From a virus (lineage: Duplodnaviria > Caudoviricetes): DNA of 64,000 nucleotides. Both the position numbers and the translations under genes were made by a program. Every line of letters begins with the position of its first letter. The first letter of the stretch is position 1. Under the pieces are notes generated by a model. That model did no database searches, had not been told where the DNA came from, and was given only the letters and a program-made list of their open reading frames with translations. The DNA is taken from the IMG/VR virus record IMGVR_UViG_3300032233_001141, positions 4,634-68,633 of that record; one strand, written 5' to 3'. Of this stretch, positions 47,264-57,932 are shown piece by piece.

Positions 47264-50200
47264 TTATATCGAATATGGGACAATTTCAGCCCCAACAGAT
47301 ATGGTATTTGACCCAGAATAAACAGTGCAACCAGTAAAGGAGTTTACCGTTTTACCAGTGTATTGAATTACACCACCACCATTATGGAATAAGAATCCAC
47401 TAGATGGGAAATATGTAGTTTTTTGCACTGCTAATGTCGAAGTAATGGTGCCAGAATACTGAGATATGGTTAATGGATTTTGAACTGATGGATAACCAGC
47501 ATTGTAATATATTCCAGTATCTAAGTATGAACTTTCATTTGATGTATCAAAGTTTTGCAAAGATATAGGTCCATAACTTAATTCAAATTCTTCTATGGTA
47601 ACACCACTAACATTACTAAATCCAGTATCCATATATCTCCATGATTCTAGAGTTTGTATTTTATTTCCTACACTGCCTCTTAGATAACTATTGAAGTCAG
47701 TTTCATTGGTTATTGATCTATTTTGTACTTGAATAGTTCCACCAGATCTCAGACCTATAACTGTAATTACAGGATCTAATACTACAACAGTACTAGATCT
47801 AGTAATCACATTTCCATCTATAACAATACTTTCCAAGAAGAAATCTACAAATCCTGATCTAAAATTCTTAATGCATTCTGTGGATACCTTAGAAATTGTA
47901 GAAGTGATTATTTCTTCAATGGTTGATATTACAATTCCAGATACCTTAGTAGTAGTCGAGAAAGATATTATACTCTGATCTACATATGCTACAAAACCAT
48001 TATTTTCTACGGTGTTGATAGAATTATAATATACTTTTTGTTCAACTAATCCTAATATTTCTTCACCAACCGAAACAATATTTGGATTGATTGTCTGCTG
48101 AATATATGAGGTAATATCATTTGTTGCCAGTGATTGAACGGATGTTAATTGAATAGCAATCTGTTCAAAATAACCAGTAAATCCACCATTAATAACATTA
48201 ACAATTGAATTTACTGAGGTGACATCTTGAGTAATAACATCTATTTGTGTGCCAACCGAAATCAGATTGGGATTAGCTGTTTGTTCTATGACACACGTTA
48301 TATCTGCAACTGATGCTGATCCAGTGGAAATAGAACCTATAGAAATAATTTCAGATACTCCACCAGCACCAGAAAGACCAACAGAAATAATAGAAACATT
48401 CTCTCTATATTGACGTACAAAAGCACCAGCATCATGTGATGTGGCACTAGTCCCATCAACGGCTCTGGTAATATTAATGAAACGATCTGATAGTTTATCA
48501 TCATATCTGATAATTTCACCATCAATCATTAAGCGACCAGAAACAGTAAATTTACTTGTGTCTGGAATATAAACAATAAGATCAGTTGCTGATAGAGGAG
48601 ATTGTAAATAAGCACCTGTATCGTGCAATGCAGGGTATGTTGGACTTTGAATGAGTTTTAAGAAACTTCTTACATCTACAAGAATTTCTCTATTAGTATC
48701 CCTTACAGTTACTATAGATTCGGAAGAAACTTGTTCTATCGGAGGAGCAGAAGTTGAATATAAGAAAGATGATAAAGCAGAAAGAGAAGTAATTTGTATT
48801 GCCCCAGGTTCTATAATAATATCACAAGATGTTTTTGGTTGAATTACTGGTATGGTTGGTTTCGCATTGATAGAAATTTCAGCGGTGATAATAATATCAC
48901 TTTTAGTTAATTTAACTAAATTAAATGACTCAATGTAAATAATTGGTGGTTCTGGTTCTGTGCTTAATAATGATCCAGAACTAATAATTAGTCTACTAGA
49001 TTCAACCAGTGGAGTAAAGAAATTAGTTATAATTCTATGATGAGAATTTTTCTTTGATTTTTTTACATAATATCCTCTAGTAATATAAACTTTAGGTGGA
49101 CATTGGTATCCACTACCAACATCAGTTAAAACAACGTCAATTGGTTCTCCATTGTGTACTACAACATATCCACGAGCACCGCCTCCAGAAGAAGGAGATA
49201 TTACACTACCTCCTTCGTCTTTTAATGCTTGGGGAACAAAATTTAAACGTGGAGCATCTTCATAACCATATCCAGCTGGTCTTGGTAGAATTTGTTTAGT
49301 TTCATAGCGGTCATAGTCCTTTTTATTCCAAGTTAATGAAGTAACTTGTCCGTATGTGGGTGATAGAGAATCTGTATCTACATTAGCAATAATATCTAAT
49401 CCTTCTCCTAATTGTATTCCATTATAATTGGTAGTTGATATTTTACCAAGATAACCAGTAGTTACATCAGCATTTTCTCTATATTCAGTTTTAATTACTT
49501 CCGACGGGATTGATAGAATAGTTCTATATTCATTTTCACCGTCAATTTTAATTTCATCATCTGGAGAAAGAGCATTCCAATAATTTGGTTCTAAAGATGA
49601 TCCGATCAACCATCCTGTGGTAGTTTTCCTTAGAATATCCAATGTTTCTTCAGTTTCTTCAAAATATACGCTACTACCAGTAGTAGATATTGCATGACCA
49701 ACTGCATTAATTGAATTTGTTGGAATAATGACATCCCCCAATCCATCCGCTCTTCCATCAATACAATATAAATCTTTTGTTGTAACAAAAATTTTATTTT
49801 GTGTTTCTAACGTTAGCGTAGTTGTGATATAAACAATAGTGGCAGTAGTTGATGGGACAGAAGGAGCAAATGGCACTTCATATTTAAAAGTATTTGCCGT
49901 CAAATCAAACGGCATAATAAATCCTACATTAATATTGAATTCCTTTGCTGTGGATCCAAAAACTCTTATCTCTTGTCCTGCACGTAATCCATGTGGCGTT
50001 ACTGTGTTTACAGTTATTGTGGTTCCACTTGCCGTAATAGATGAAACACTGATAGGTGTTTCTTTAGCATCATATTTTTTGATTGTGCCTAAAGCAGTAT
50101 TTGTTTCATAAGTATTTCCCTGATAGCAAACAATATCCGTAAATTGTTTTAGTCCAGGATTATAGTTTACTTGTAATTCAATGCGATTTAAATAATCATT

Positions 50201-53200
50201 GTGGTCAAAATCAAACATTGTCAAATACTTAATAGTATTTCTACCATAAGCGTATATAATATTGATTTTTTGACCCAAACGCAGAGGTTCTACAAAAGAA
50301 ATATTTGATCCTCTAATTACATAAGATCTTAACCTTTTTTGTAATACTTCTTCTACAAAAACCAGTACATTTCTATCATCATCCACAGAAACAGTTTTAC
50401 CAGTAACTGCAGATCTTAATGTGAATGGACCAGTAAATTCATCATCAATATATTGTTCGTCTATAACAAGTCTTTCATAAGCACCAACATTATATGCAAA
50501 GAATGATTGTTTTGCTTTATTAAATACATCATTTGACGAAAGTTCTTCAAATTTTTTGGGAGCTTCTAAAAATACAATTTCATTCGGAACAGTAGTTCTC
50601 TTGATATAATATGCTCTATCTTTTGGAAGTAATGGTGTGGTGCCAGATCTCTGAATTACACCATCTACAGAAACAATCAAATTATCTGTGCTTGGTAATT
50701 CTACTGGGGTATTATCTTCATAATACAATTGGAATGAAGTTTTAATATTATCAAATTGAGATGAAATATCTTTTATTTTTTTGAAATTTTCAGAATTTAA
50801 TGTAGAGTCTTTAAATTTTATAAGTCTTCCAACAAAATCTTGTGAAGGAGTATCAACACCAACAACATAAGATCTAACTGAATAATCAACAAAATATGCA
50901 TTTGTAGCAACAGTATATCCATCTACAGTAATGGTGGAACCAAATGGGGTAATACCAGTTAAAATATTGGTAGAATATACAGAAGATAGTACAGGTAGTA
51001 GTTTTCCTTGTGGTTCTGCAGTAATGTAACGATTACCTATAATTACCGTACCAACAGTAGATGAAGATACTAAACCAGAAATTGTTACAATATTATTAGC
51101 AAGATCAACACCTTGCAATCCAGAATTTTGTGAAATCCCATTTCCACTAATTGCTAATCCAGCACTATTTACAGTTAATCCAGTGACATTAGATAATACT
51201 AAAGTTGCGGTGTTATTCCCAACATTATTGGTAAATGATACAACATTATAAAATGATCCTTCTACTCCTTTATCAACTATTTTATATGTACCAGACAACT
51301 CTGGTGCAATAACTACACCAGTTTTATACAGTAAAAACTGTCTTGTCGATGTTGTGGTAGTAAACTCTTGACCCACTACAAAATATGATAAATCCAATTG
51401 ACTTATCGTGGACTTAAATTTTATTTTGTAGGATGATACTGGATTTTTTGCCGTTAAGGAATCATTACCATATGAACCTTCAGAAAATCGTTTTCCTAAT
51501 GGCGCTTCGTTAAAGATTATTGTTGAATCGGTTACATTATATGACTTTATAGGTTCCTGTAAAATACCATCCAAAGAAATAAACAAATTATTAACATTTG
51601 AAACATTCAATAAGGAGTTTGAACCCTTTATTTTCATATTAAATGTTTTTGTGCCACTTCTATTTCCTTTTTCGTCTATATAACCATCAAATGCTGGATC
51701 CAAATAAAATTCATAGGAAATTGTTTCAGTTGTATCAAAAGGAGCAACATATGCAGATCCTTTACCTCTAACTTCATTTACATCTTTGACTTTAACAGTA
51801 GTCGATGTAATAACACGTCTAGTGCTTTCGACACTAACTCTATTTTTTTCTGGATCCCATAGTTGTACAAAACTAACCTTTGATGGAGTTACTGGATTTG
51901 CGACAAATTCAACAGATCCTCGGGTGTTTATTTCTACCTCACCAAATACTTTAAATCCAGCTGGATGTGAGGTTTTTTTGATTAAATTGCGCCAAATATC
52001 AGTTGGTGTTCTAGATTTGATAGTGTATGAGTAATCTTGATAGAAATATGAATCAGCAATACGTTGTGATTCGGAACCAATATTTGATCTATCAGAACTA
52101 TAATATCCCAAATTGTCATAATACGATTTAATTTGAGGAGAAAATAGTGTAGCAAACGAGTTTATGATATTAGCAGTGTTATTTTTAGATCTTCCAATAA
52201 TTTGCAAATCAGATCTAAAAATACCTTCTACAAACAATAAACGTAAAACATTACTACCAATTCTCCACCCTTCTTTAGCAACTGTACCTTTAGCAATCAA
52301 AGTATTGCCATCATACTGTACTATCTCTTCGCCATCAAAGAAAGCATCTTCGACAAAATTTCTCAGTGTTAAAATTTGTACAGATGAATATTTTTTAGAA
52401 ATAGACTGATCGCGGTTAAAATTATACCCATTGTTTACAATTTTAATATTTTTTGGTACGCCAATGGATTGACTAGAAAAATATGCGCTTATATCAGTTT
52501 CTATGATTTTAATTTCTGGTTGATACGAATAATTTTTTCCTTTGTTATTTACTAAAATAGCATTAATAGATCCATCAGAATTTTTGGCAACAGAAAATTC
52601 TGCCAAAGAACCATCACCAGAAGTTATTATTGCTTTTGGTTTTGAATAATTTTTACCACTATAAACAACACTCACCGAGTCAATTGTTTTTGCAGTAGAA
52701 TTCCAGTTGGCTTTAACAGTACATTCTGAAGATAATGAAGGACGAACTCCAGTAACAATAGGTAATTTTTTAAATTCTTTGCCTGGATTAGAAATTAAAA
52801 ATTGATTAATTTGTCCGACAGCGGAAGAAGATGTGGTAGTGTATGAAATAGTACCAGTACCATCGTATGAAGATATTTCACTTAATTCATAGACAAATTT
52901 GGTTGGAGTTACATACGTGATAGTTTTTGATCCTTGTAGCGGATCTTCGATAGTTTTTAAATAAGATTTATCAGTTTTTATAATATCGTTTTTGTCAAAA
53001 TAGAAGTAATTAGTATATTTTGTATCTTTTTTGGGCAATCCAGACTGAACTGAATAGAACGGACCAAATCCAAACTTGATTTCCACAAAAGACCCAACAG
53101 ATCCTGGTTTTGGAGTACTTCTAGAAGTTTCTAATGTTAAAATATTGTAATTTCCGCTTGGGGAAAATTCGAGGAAACTACCAACCAGCGATTCATTGCT

Positions 53201-56200
53201 AGTATCAAATTTATACTTATAATAACGTTGAATATCAATAATTGGATTTCTTACCCAATTAGCAGTTAAAGTATTTTGGGTTGAAAATTCAAACTGATAC
53301 TCAGCATCTTCAATAATTTGATCAATTGATACTAATTTCTTAGGAGTTGATTGATCAAAGAAGGTATAATTTAAATCAACTTTTCTAATAGTTTCTAAAG
53401 AAGTTGTTAGACCATAAACAATTGTCAAAATTTGTGTATCAGCATCATAATTCTGAACAATACCTGATTGTGCAGTAGTGCCAATTTCATAATCTTTGGA
53501 TAAATTATATTTTGATTTGTATAATACAACTGGTTGTAAATTGAAGTGATCTACAGCTGATGTGGATTGTTGTGCCCTAGTTACAGTTACTGTGTTTGTA
53601 TTTGAATTGATAGTATCTACTTTCAATACTTCTTTACCAATTTTGATCAAATCATTCTGCGATAATCCTTCTACTTTGTTTAATTTTAAAGTAGTTTCAG
53701 AAAAAGAGAATCCTACATGGTCAACATCAGCAATAAAATACTGAGTACTGATTGATCCAGAAAGTCTCTGTAAAGAGGTATTTGAAAATGTTACCAAATC
53801 TCCTTTTTTATATCCAAAACCTTTTGATGTTATAACAACGTTCGATACCAAACCAGAAGTTACCGTAACGGTAGCTTTGGCATTGCTAGATCCACCAATA
53901 TTTCCTAATACAGCATTTGAATTAGAAGATCCAACAATTCTTCCTTCAATATCTCTACATTTAGTTTGATCTGAAAAAATTAATTCTACATTAGTGAATG
54001 TTTGACTTCCACCAGAAGCATAATCAGCACCACTATTTAAAAATCTTAATCTTCCAATACCAGTGTCGGAAATAATTGAATCAAAAGAAGGAGATTTTAA
54101 TTTTACTTTTTGATAAATTCTTTTTCTTACATAATACGTGGTTGTGGTTGTAACATCATCTGGGAGAATATCCACATTTACAGTGTCTCCTTCTGCCAAA
54201 TTGTGTTCAACTGTAGTTGTTGCAATACCAATATTATTGTTTAATTTAAAAATTTTGATATTTTCACTTAATTTGTTTACTTGAGAAATTCTTACTCCAA
54301 CCGTATCAGTTCTAGTAGAACTGATTAAGAAATAATTTCCATCTACAACAAATTCTCCTTGAGTTACTTTACATTTGATATTATTTTTGTCTTCAGTAGT
54401 TTCTAAAATAATAGCTGTTGCTTTTTCACTAACTGCAATAGAAGTTGGTGTATTAGTATTCGTGAGAGTTAAAATAGATCCAGTTAAAGTTGATGAAATT
54501 TGAAAAGAATTAATTGTTCTATTTCTGACATAATAAATTGTATCTGCAGAAATACCAGAAAATGTATTTGAGAATACAATAGGTTCTCCATTTACAAATG
54601 GGTTAGAAGAAACATTTAAAGTATTGTTTGTAACATTACTAATAATTACTTGTTTACCATTTGTTAATTTTAATGTAGATCCTGCTGTAAAATTAGAAGA
54701 TTTATCAACGATTAAATTAATAACTTTTGTAGTAGAATAAAGTATATCAGTTAAATTAAATGTGCCGCTAACATTTCTTAGTACAATATTGTTTCCATCC
54801 AAAACATCGCCAATAATTTGACCACTGGCGTTTGTGTTTTGCTGATACAAAATATCATCTTTAAACAGATATGCAGTATTTTCAATTTTAATTTGAACTG
54901 CTTTAGTTTGTCTATTTTCTAATGAAGAAACAGATTTTCCCTTCACAGAAGATACTTTTGCTACAACACCACTACCTCCAGTTCCAGAGTTATCTACTTC
55001 TACTAAACTACCAACTGAAAAATTATTATGACTTCCGAAAATATCTAATGATGATACTGAACCTGAATTGATATTTTCAATATAAGAAAATACTTCTTTT
55101 CCATTATCTGGAATATTTGAAGTTCTCAATCTAGTTACCAATTTTGGCAAATCATTTTGAGAAATTTGTTTGCTGTAATTAGAATCTACTGGGATCGAAT
55201 AAAAATTATTTCCTAAAATATATGGGAAAACTGGGGTATCCTCAGAATTTACAGTTATGAAATAAGCATAAACTCCCTGTGGATATTCTGGCGTTATACA
55301 GAACCTTCCGTTATTTTCGTCCAAAGTTCCTAGGCGATGATTATACCTATAATCTTCAACAAATGATCCAAGAGGATATGTTGCAATTGGAGGACCACCA
55401 ATTCTATTATTTTTCAATTCGTAACTACTAACCATTCTGGTGATAGTAGTTGTGCTATCTAAAGGATTTGTGTATCCATATGGACCATAAATTGGGTTGC
55501 CATCGTAAGCATATCCGAGAATTTTTGAATGTTGTAAGGTTGAGAAAGTTGATCCATCTGGATTTAAATTATCTCCAATAGAAATTCTTAAATTTTTTGG
55601 ATTTCCAACATAAGCATACCCATATCCTAACGATGGATTTATATTTTCAAAGAAATAACCATTATTAGAATCTAATTCATTTTTGAGAACATTAAATCTA
55701 TTCTTCTTCCATCTTCTAACTGATGCCACAGCTGTTGCGCCATCACCCACAGAAACAATTTTGACCTCTACATTTTCTTGAGTATAAAACTTACCCTCAT
55801 CTTCTTTGATAAATCCAGTAATTTTGCCATCATTAGAAATAGTAGTACTATATCTGGCAAATCTACCTTTTCCTAATTTATCTACAATTCTTACTTCTGG
55901 TGGAGTTGAATAATATTCCCCAGGATTTGTTAATTTTAAACTAGTAATTTTCCCCAAAGTTACAACTGCTGAAGCAGTTCCATTTCTACCCGAAGTGATA
56001 GTTACAGTTGGTTCTGGTGGAAAGTATCCCGTCCCACCACCTTCAACAATAATTTCGTCTACCACTTCGCCAGCAAGTATAGATCTTGCTTTTGCTGCTT
56101 CAACACCAATTTTTTCTTCAATAAGAATGTATGGGGGATCTTGATATCCTTTTCCTTTTGACGTTAATGTTATTTCGGTTACACCACCAAAAATTACATC

Positions 56201-57925
56201 ATTATCAACACCATTGATTTTTGTGTAGTCTTTATTTCCATAAAAAGGAATACCATTAACAGCAATTCCAACATCAGAATTTGGAGTTTTTGTTACATCT
56301 GTACTAACAGATGGAATTTTTTTGATAATTTTTAAAATCTTTTGATCTTCTAGAAGTTTATTCCAAGATGTTTTGCCAAAATCATGAGATGGGAAACCAG
56401 ATGAGGTAATATAATAATACTGCTCATCTTCGTAAACAGCAGATACATCTGAATTCAGTTTACTTATCTTACTGGTATATGCCGATGGAATTAATGAAGA
56501 AGATGGATTTGTTAGAGATTCGTTAATTTTCCATCTGGTATTTCCAGTAAATTTATCATATACAATAGAATCTCTAGTTTCAAATCCAGTTTTTGATTCT
56601 TGAACATTATCACCCGAAATTGAATATGGGGAAGCATCGGATACGGTTAAATCATAGATAACACCCAATACAATTAATTTAACTGTTTGGAAGAATCCAT
56701 TAGAATCTGGGTATTGTGATTCTACAGCAGTGTAATTATAAACTTTAGTCCCAGTTGAATATGCTTGTGGAGTTGATCCTCTATTCTCAATTACAAACTG
56801 ATTGACATTTTTTGATTTATATGTAATCTGCTCATTATTGATTAAAATTTTGCCAGAAGTGGAATCCCAACCAATAGTTGAAAATACATCAATAGTGCTA
56901 TCGGCAATATCTAATAAAGTAACTGGTTTTGTTAATTGTGTTTCTGCTGCTACTTTAAATTCACCTACAATACTTTCTGCAGCAAGGATGATCTCATAAA
57001 ATCCGTTACCCAAATCAATTATATTATCTACAACCGCAAAAGATCTAATAGCATATGGGTCTAAATCATCTGGAGATTGAATAATTTTCTGTCCAATGAT
57101 ATTAGATACATTACCAGAAAGAACTTTAACCTTTAAAGCGTATTTGTTTACCCATTCGCCATTTGATGTTTTAAATGTATAATCTTTTGGATAATATACA
57201 CTTGGGATATCATCTGCTTCTGTAGATACAATTGAATTAAAAATAAATTTAATTGATTGGTCTGTACCTTTAGATTGATAAAAATATTTGATATTTTTGA
57301 TAAGAGTTTTCTTATCAACTGTAGGTTTTAAATTTTCTTCTGGAAAAGAAGAGAGATATTGAGATTCAAAGTTTTTTACAAATGCGTAGAGAAATAAATT
57401 GCTGATATTGTATACTAAAGTACCAGCAACATAAATTGGTCCCGATACTGTTTGTCCTGAAGATCCTTTACCTACATCAGAATAAGCTACTTCCTTGTAT
57501 TCTGATTCGCTATACAAATCTCCTAATTTTGTTGTGGCACTTACATTTCTATAACAATTTCTTAGAGCATTTCCTTCTCTTGTTTCGTAAAATATTACCT
57601 CATCACCAATCATCACATAACCATTCTTGTCTGGAAAAGAAGAACCATTTGCCAGATTAACAACAATTTCTGTAATTACATTGCTGCCATTTCTTGTTTC
57701 TACGATAGAAACTAACTCACTATTTTCCTGTAATAATTTTTTTTCATAAGTATCGATATCTTGATACTTTGTGATATGATTAATAAGGTCTAATGGCTGT
57801 CCAGGAGTCTCCAACTGCTCGTAGTATTTTTCTACGAACTTGACAAAATTTGGATAGTCTGTAGAGATAAACTCTGGTAGTTGGTTCTCAACTAGAGTAG
57901 AGAAACTTCTTACTTTTCCTGCCAT
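47264..57925 (-). CDS. gp7: Baseplate wedge initiator (gp7-like), giant, with a YHYH-like domain
   Basis: 3553 aa between gp6 and gp8; QLPEFISTDYPNFVKFVEKYYE, FYQSKGT and HPAGFKVFGEV motifs. Confidence 0.8.
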   Translation of the reverse strand: MAGKVRSFSTLVENQLPEFISTDYPNFVKFVEKYYEQLETPGQPLDLINHITKYQDIDTYEKKLLQENSELVSIVETRNGSNVITEIVVNLANGSSFPDKNGYVMIGDEVIFYETREGNALRNCYRNVSATTKLGDLYSESEYKEVAYSDVGKGSSGQTVSGPIYVAGTLVYNISNLFLYAFVKNFESQYLSSFPEENLKPTVDKKTLIKNIKYFYQSKGTDQSIKFIFNSIVSTEADDIPSVYYPKDYTFKTSNGEWVNKYALKVKVLSGNVSNIIGQKIIQSPDDLDPYAIRSFAVVDNIIDLGNGFYEIILAAESIVGEFKVAAETQLTKPVTLLDIADSTIDVFSTIGWDSTSGKILINNEQITYKSKNVNQFVIENRGSTPQAYSTGTKVYNYTAVESQYPDSNGFFQTVKLIVLGVIYDLTVSDASPYSISGDNVQESKTGFETRDSIVYDKFTGNTRWKINESLTNPSSSLIPSAYTSKISKLNSDVSAVYEDEQYYYITSSGFPSHDFGKTSWNKLLEDQKILKIIKKIPSVSTDVTKTPNSDVGIAVNGIPFYGNKDYTKINGVDNDVIFGGVTEITLTSKGKGYQDPPYILIEEKIGVEAAKARSILAGEVVDEIIVEGGGTGYFPPEPTVTITSGRNGTASAVVTLGKITSLKLTNPGEYYSTPPEVRIVDKLGKGRFARYSTTISNDGKITGFIKEDEGKFYTQENVEVKIVSVGDGATAVASVRRWKKNRFNVLKNELDSNNGYFFENINPSLGYGYAYVGNPKNLRISIGDNLNPDGSTFSTLQHSKILGYAYDGNPIYGPYGYTNPLDSTTTITRMVSSYELKNNRIGGPPIATYPLGSFVEDYRYNHRLGTLDENNGRFCITPEYPQGVYAYFITVNSEDTPVFPYILGNNFYSIPVDSNYSKQISQNDLPKLVTRLRTSNIPDNGKEVFSYIENINSGSVSSLDIFGSHNNFSVGSLVEVDNSGTGGSGVVAKVSSVKGKSVSSLENRQTKAVQIKIENTAYLFKDDILYQQNTNASGQIIGDVLDGNNIVLRNVSGTFNLTDILYSTTKVINLIVDKSSNFTAGSTLKLTNGKQVIISNVTNNTLNVSSNPFVNGEPIVFSNTFSGISADTIYYVRNRTINSFQISSTLTGSILTLTNTNTPTSIAVSEKATAIILETTEDKNNIKCKVTQGEFVVDGNYFLISSTRTDTVGVRISQVNKLSENIKIFKLNNNIGIATTTVEHNLAEGDTVNVDILPDDVTTTTTYYVRKRIYQKVKLKSPSFDSIISDTGIGRLRFLNSGADYASGGSQTFTNVELIFSDQTKCRDIEGRIVGSSNSNAVLGNIGGSSNAKATVTVTSGLVSNVVITSKGFGYKKGDLVTFSNTSLQRLSGSISTQYFIADVDHVGFSFSETTLKLNKVEGLSQNDLIKIGKEVLKVDTINSNTNTVTVTRAQQSTSAVDHFNLQPVVLYKSKYNLSKDYEIGTTAQSGIVQNYDADTQILTIVYGLTTSLETIRKVDLNYTFFDQSTPKKLVSIDQIIEDAEYQFEFSTQNTLTANWVRNPIIDIQRYYKYKFDTSNESLVGSFLEFSPSGNYNILTLETSRSTPKPGSVGSFVEIKFGFGPFYSVQSGLPKKDTKYTNYFYFDKNDIIKTDKSYLKTIEDPLQGSKTITYVTPTKFVYELSEISSYDGTGTISYTTTSSSAVGQINQFLISNPGKEFKKLPIVTGVRPSLSSECTVKANWNSTAKTIDSVSVVYSGKNYSKPKAIITSGDGSLAEFSVAKNSDGSINAILVNNKGKNYSYQPEIKIIETDISAYFSSQSIGVPKNIKIVNNGYNFNRDQSISKKYSSVQILTLRNFVEDAFFDGEEIVQYDGNTLIAKGTVAKEGWRIGSNVLRLLFVEGIFRSDLQIIGRSKNNTANIINSFATLFSPQIKSYYDNLGYYSSDRSNIGSESQRIADSYFYQDYSYTIKSRTPTDIWRNLIKKTSHPAGFKVFGEVEINTRGSVEFVANPVTPSKVSFVQLWDPEKNRVSVESTRRVITSTTVKVKDVNEVRGKGSAYVAPFDTTETISYEFYLDPAFDGYIDEKGNRSGTKTFNMKIKGSNSLLNVSNVNNLFISLDGILQEPIKSYNVTDSTIIFNEAPLGKRFSEGSYGNDSLTAKNPVSSYKIKFKSTISQLDLSYFVVGQEFTTTTSTRQFLLYKTGVVIAPELSGTYKIVDKGVEGSFYNVVSFTNNVGNNTATLVLSNVTGLTVNSAGLAISGNGISQNSGLQGVDLANNIVTISGLVSSSTVGTVIIGNRYITAEPQGKLLPVLSSVYSTNILTGITPFGSTITVDGYTVATNAYFVDYSVRSYVVGVDTPSQDFVGRLIKFKDSTLNSENFKKIKDISSQFDNIKTSFQLYYEDNTPVELPSTDNLIVSVDGVIQRSGTTPLLPKDRAYYIKRTTVPNEIVFLEAPKKFEELSSNDVFNKAKQSFFAYNVGAYERLVIDEQYIDDEFTGPFTLRSAVTGKTVSVDDDRNVLVFVEEVLQKRLRSYVIRGSNISFVEPLRLGQKINIIYAYGRNTIKYLTMFDFDHNDYLNRIELQVNYNPGLKQFTDIVCYQGNTYETNTALGTIKKYDAKETPISVSSITASGTTITVNTVTPHGLRAGQEIRVFGSTAKEFNINVGFIMPFDLTANTFKYEVPFAPSVPSTTATIVYITTTLTLETQNKIFVTTKDLYCIDGRADGLGDVIIPTNSINAVGHAISTTGSSVYFEETEETLDILRKTTTGWLIGSSLEPNYWNALSPDDEIKIDGENEYRTILSIPSEVIKTEYRENADVTTGYLGKISTTNYNGIQLGEGLDIIANVDTDSLSPTYGQVTSLTWNKKDYDRYETKQILPRPAGYGYEDAPRLNFVPQALKDEGGSVISPSSGGGARGYVVVHNGEPIDVVLTDVGSGYQCPPKVYITRGYYVKKSKKNSHHRIITNFFTPLVESSRLIISSGSLLSTEPEPPIIYIESFNLVKLTKSDIIITAEISINAKPTIPVIQPKTSCDIIIEPGAIQITSLSALSSFLYSTSAPPIEQVSSESIVTVRDTNREILVDVRSFLKLIQSPTYPALHDTGAYLQSPLSATDLIVYIPDTSKFTVSGRLMIDGEIIRYDDKLSDRFINITRAVDGTSATSHDAGAFVRQYRENVSIISVGLSGAGGVSEIISIGSISTGSASVADITCVIEQTANPNLISVGTQIDVITQDVTSVNSIVNVINGGFTGYFEQIAIQLTSVQSLATNDITSYIQQTINPNIVSVGEEILGLVEQKVYYNSINTVENNGFVAYVDQSIISFSTTTKVSGIVISTIEEIITSTISKVSTECIKNFRSGFVDFFLESIVIDGNVITRSSTVVVLDPVITVIGLRSGGTIQVQNRSITNETDFNSYLRGSVGNKIQTLESWRYMDTGFSNVSGVTIEEFELSYGPISLQNFDTSNESSYLDTGIYYNAGYPSVQNPLTISQYSGTITSTLAVQKTTYFPSSGFLFHNGGGVIQYTGKTVNSFTGCTVYSGSNTISVGAEIVPYSI

Positions 57926-57932
57926 TTACTTC

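Noticed and set aside
22826-57925. Recoded stop codons or programmed frameshifts in the giant genes
   Set aside because: All large ORFs are open in the standard code and tile the region with short gaps or overlaps, leaving no unexplained fragments.
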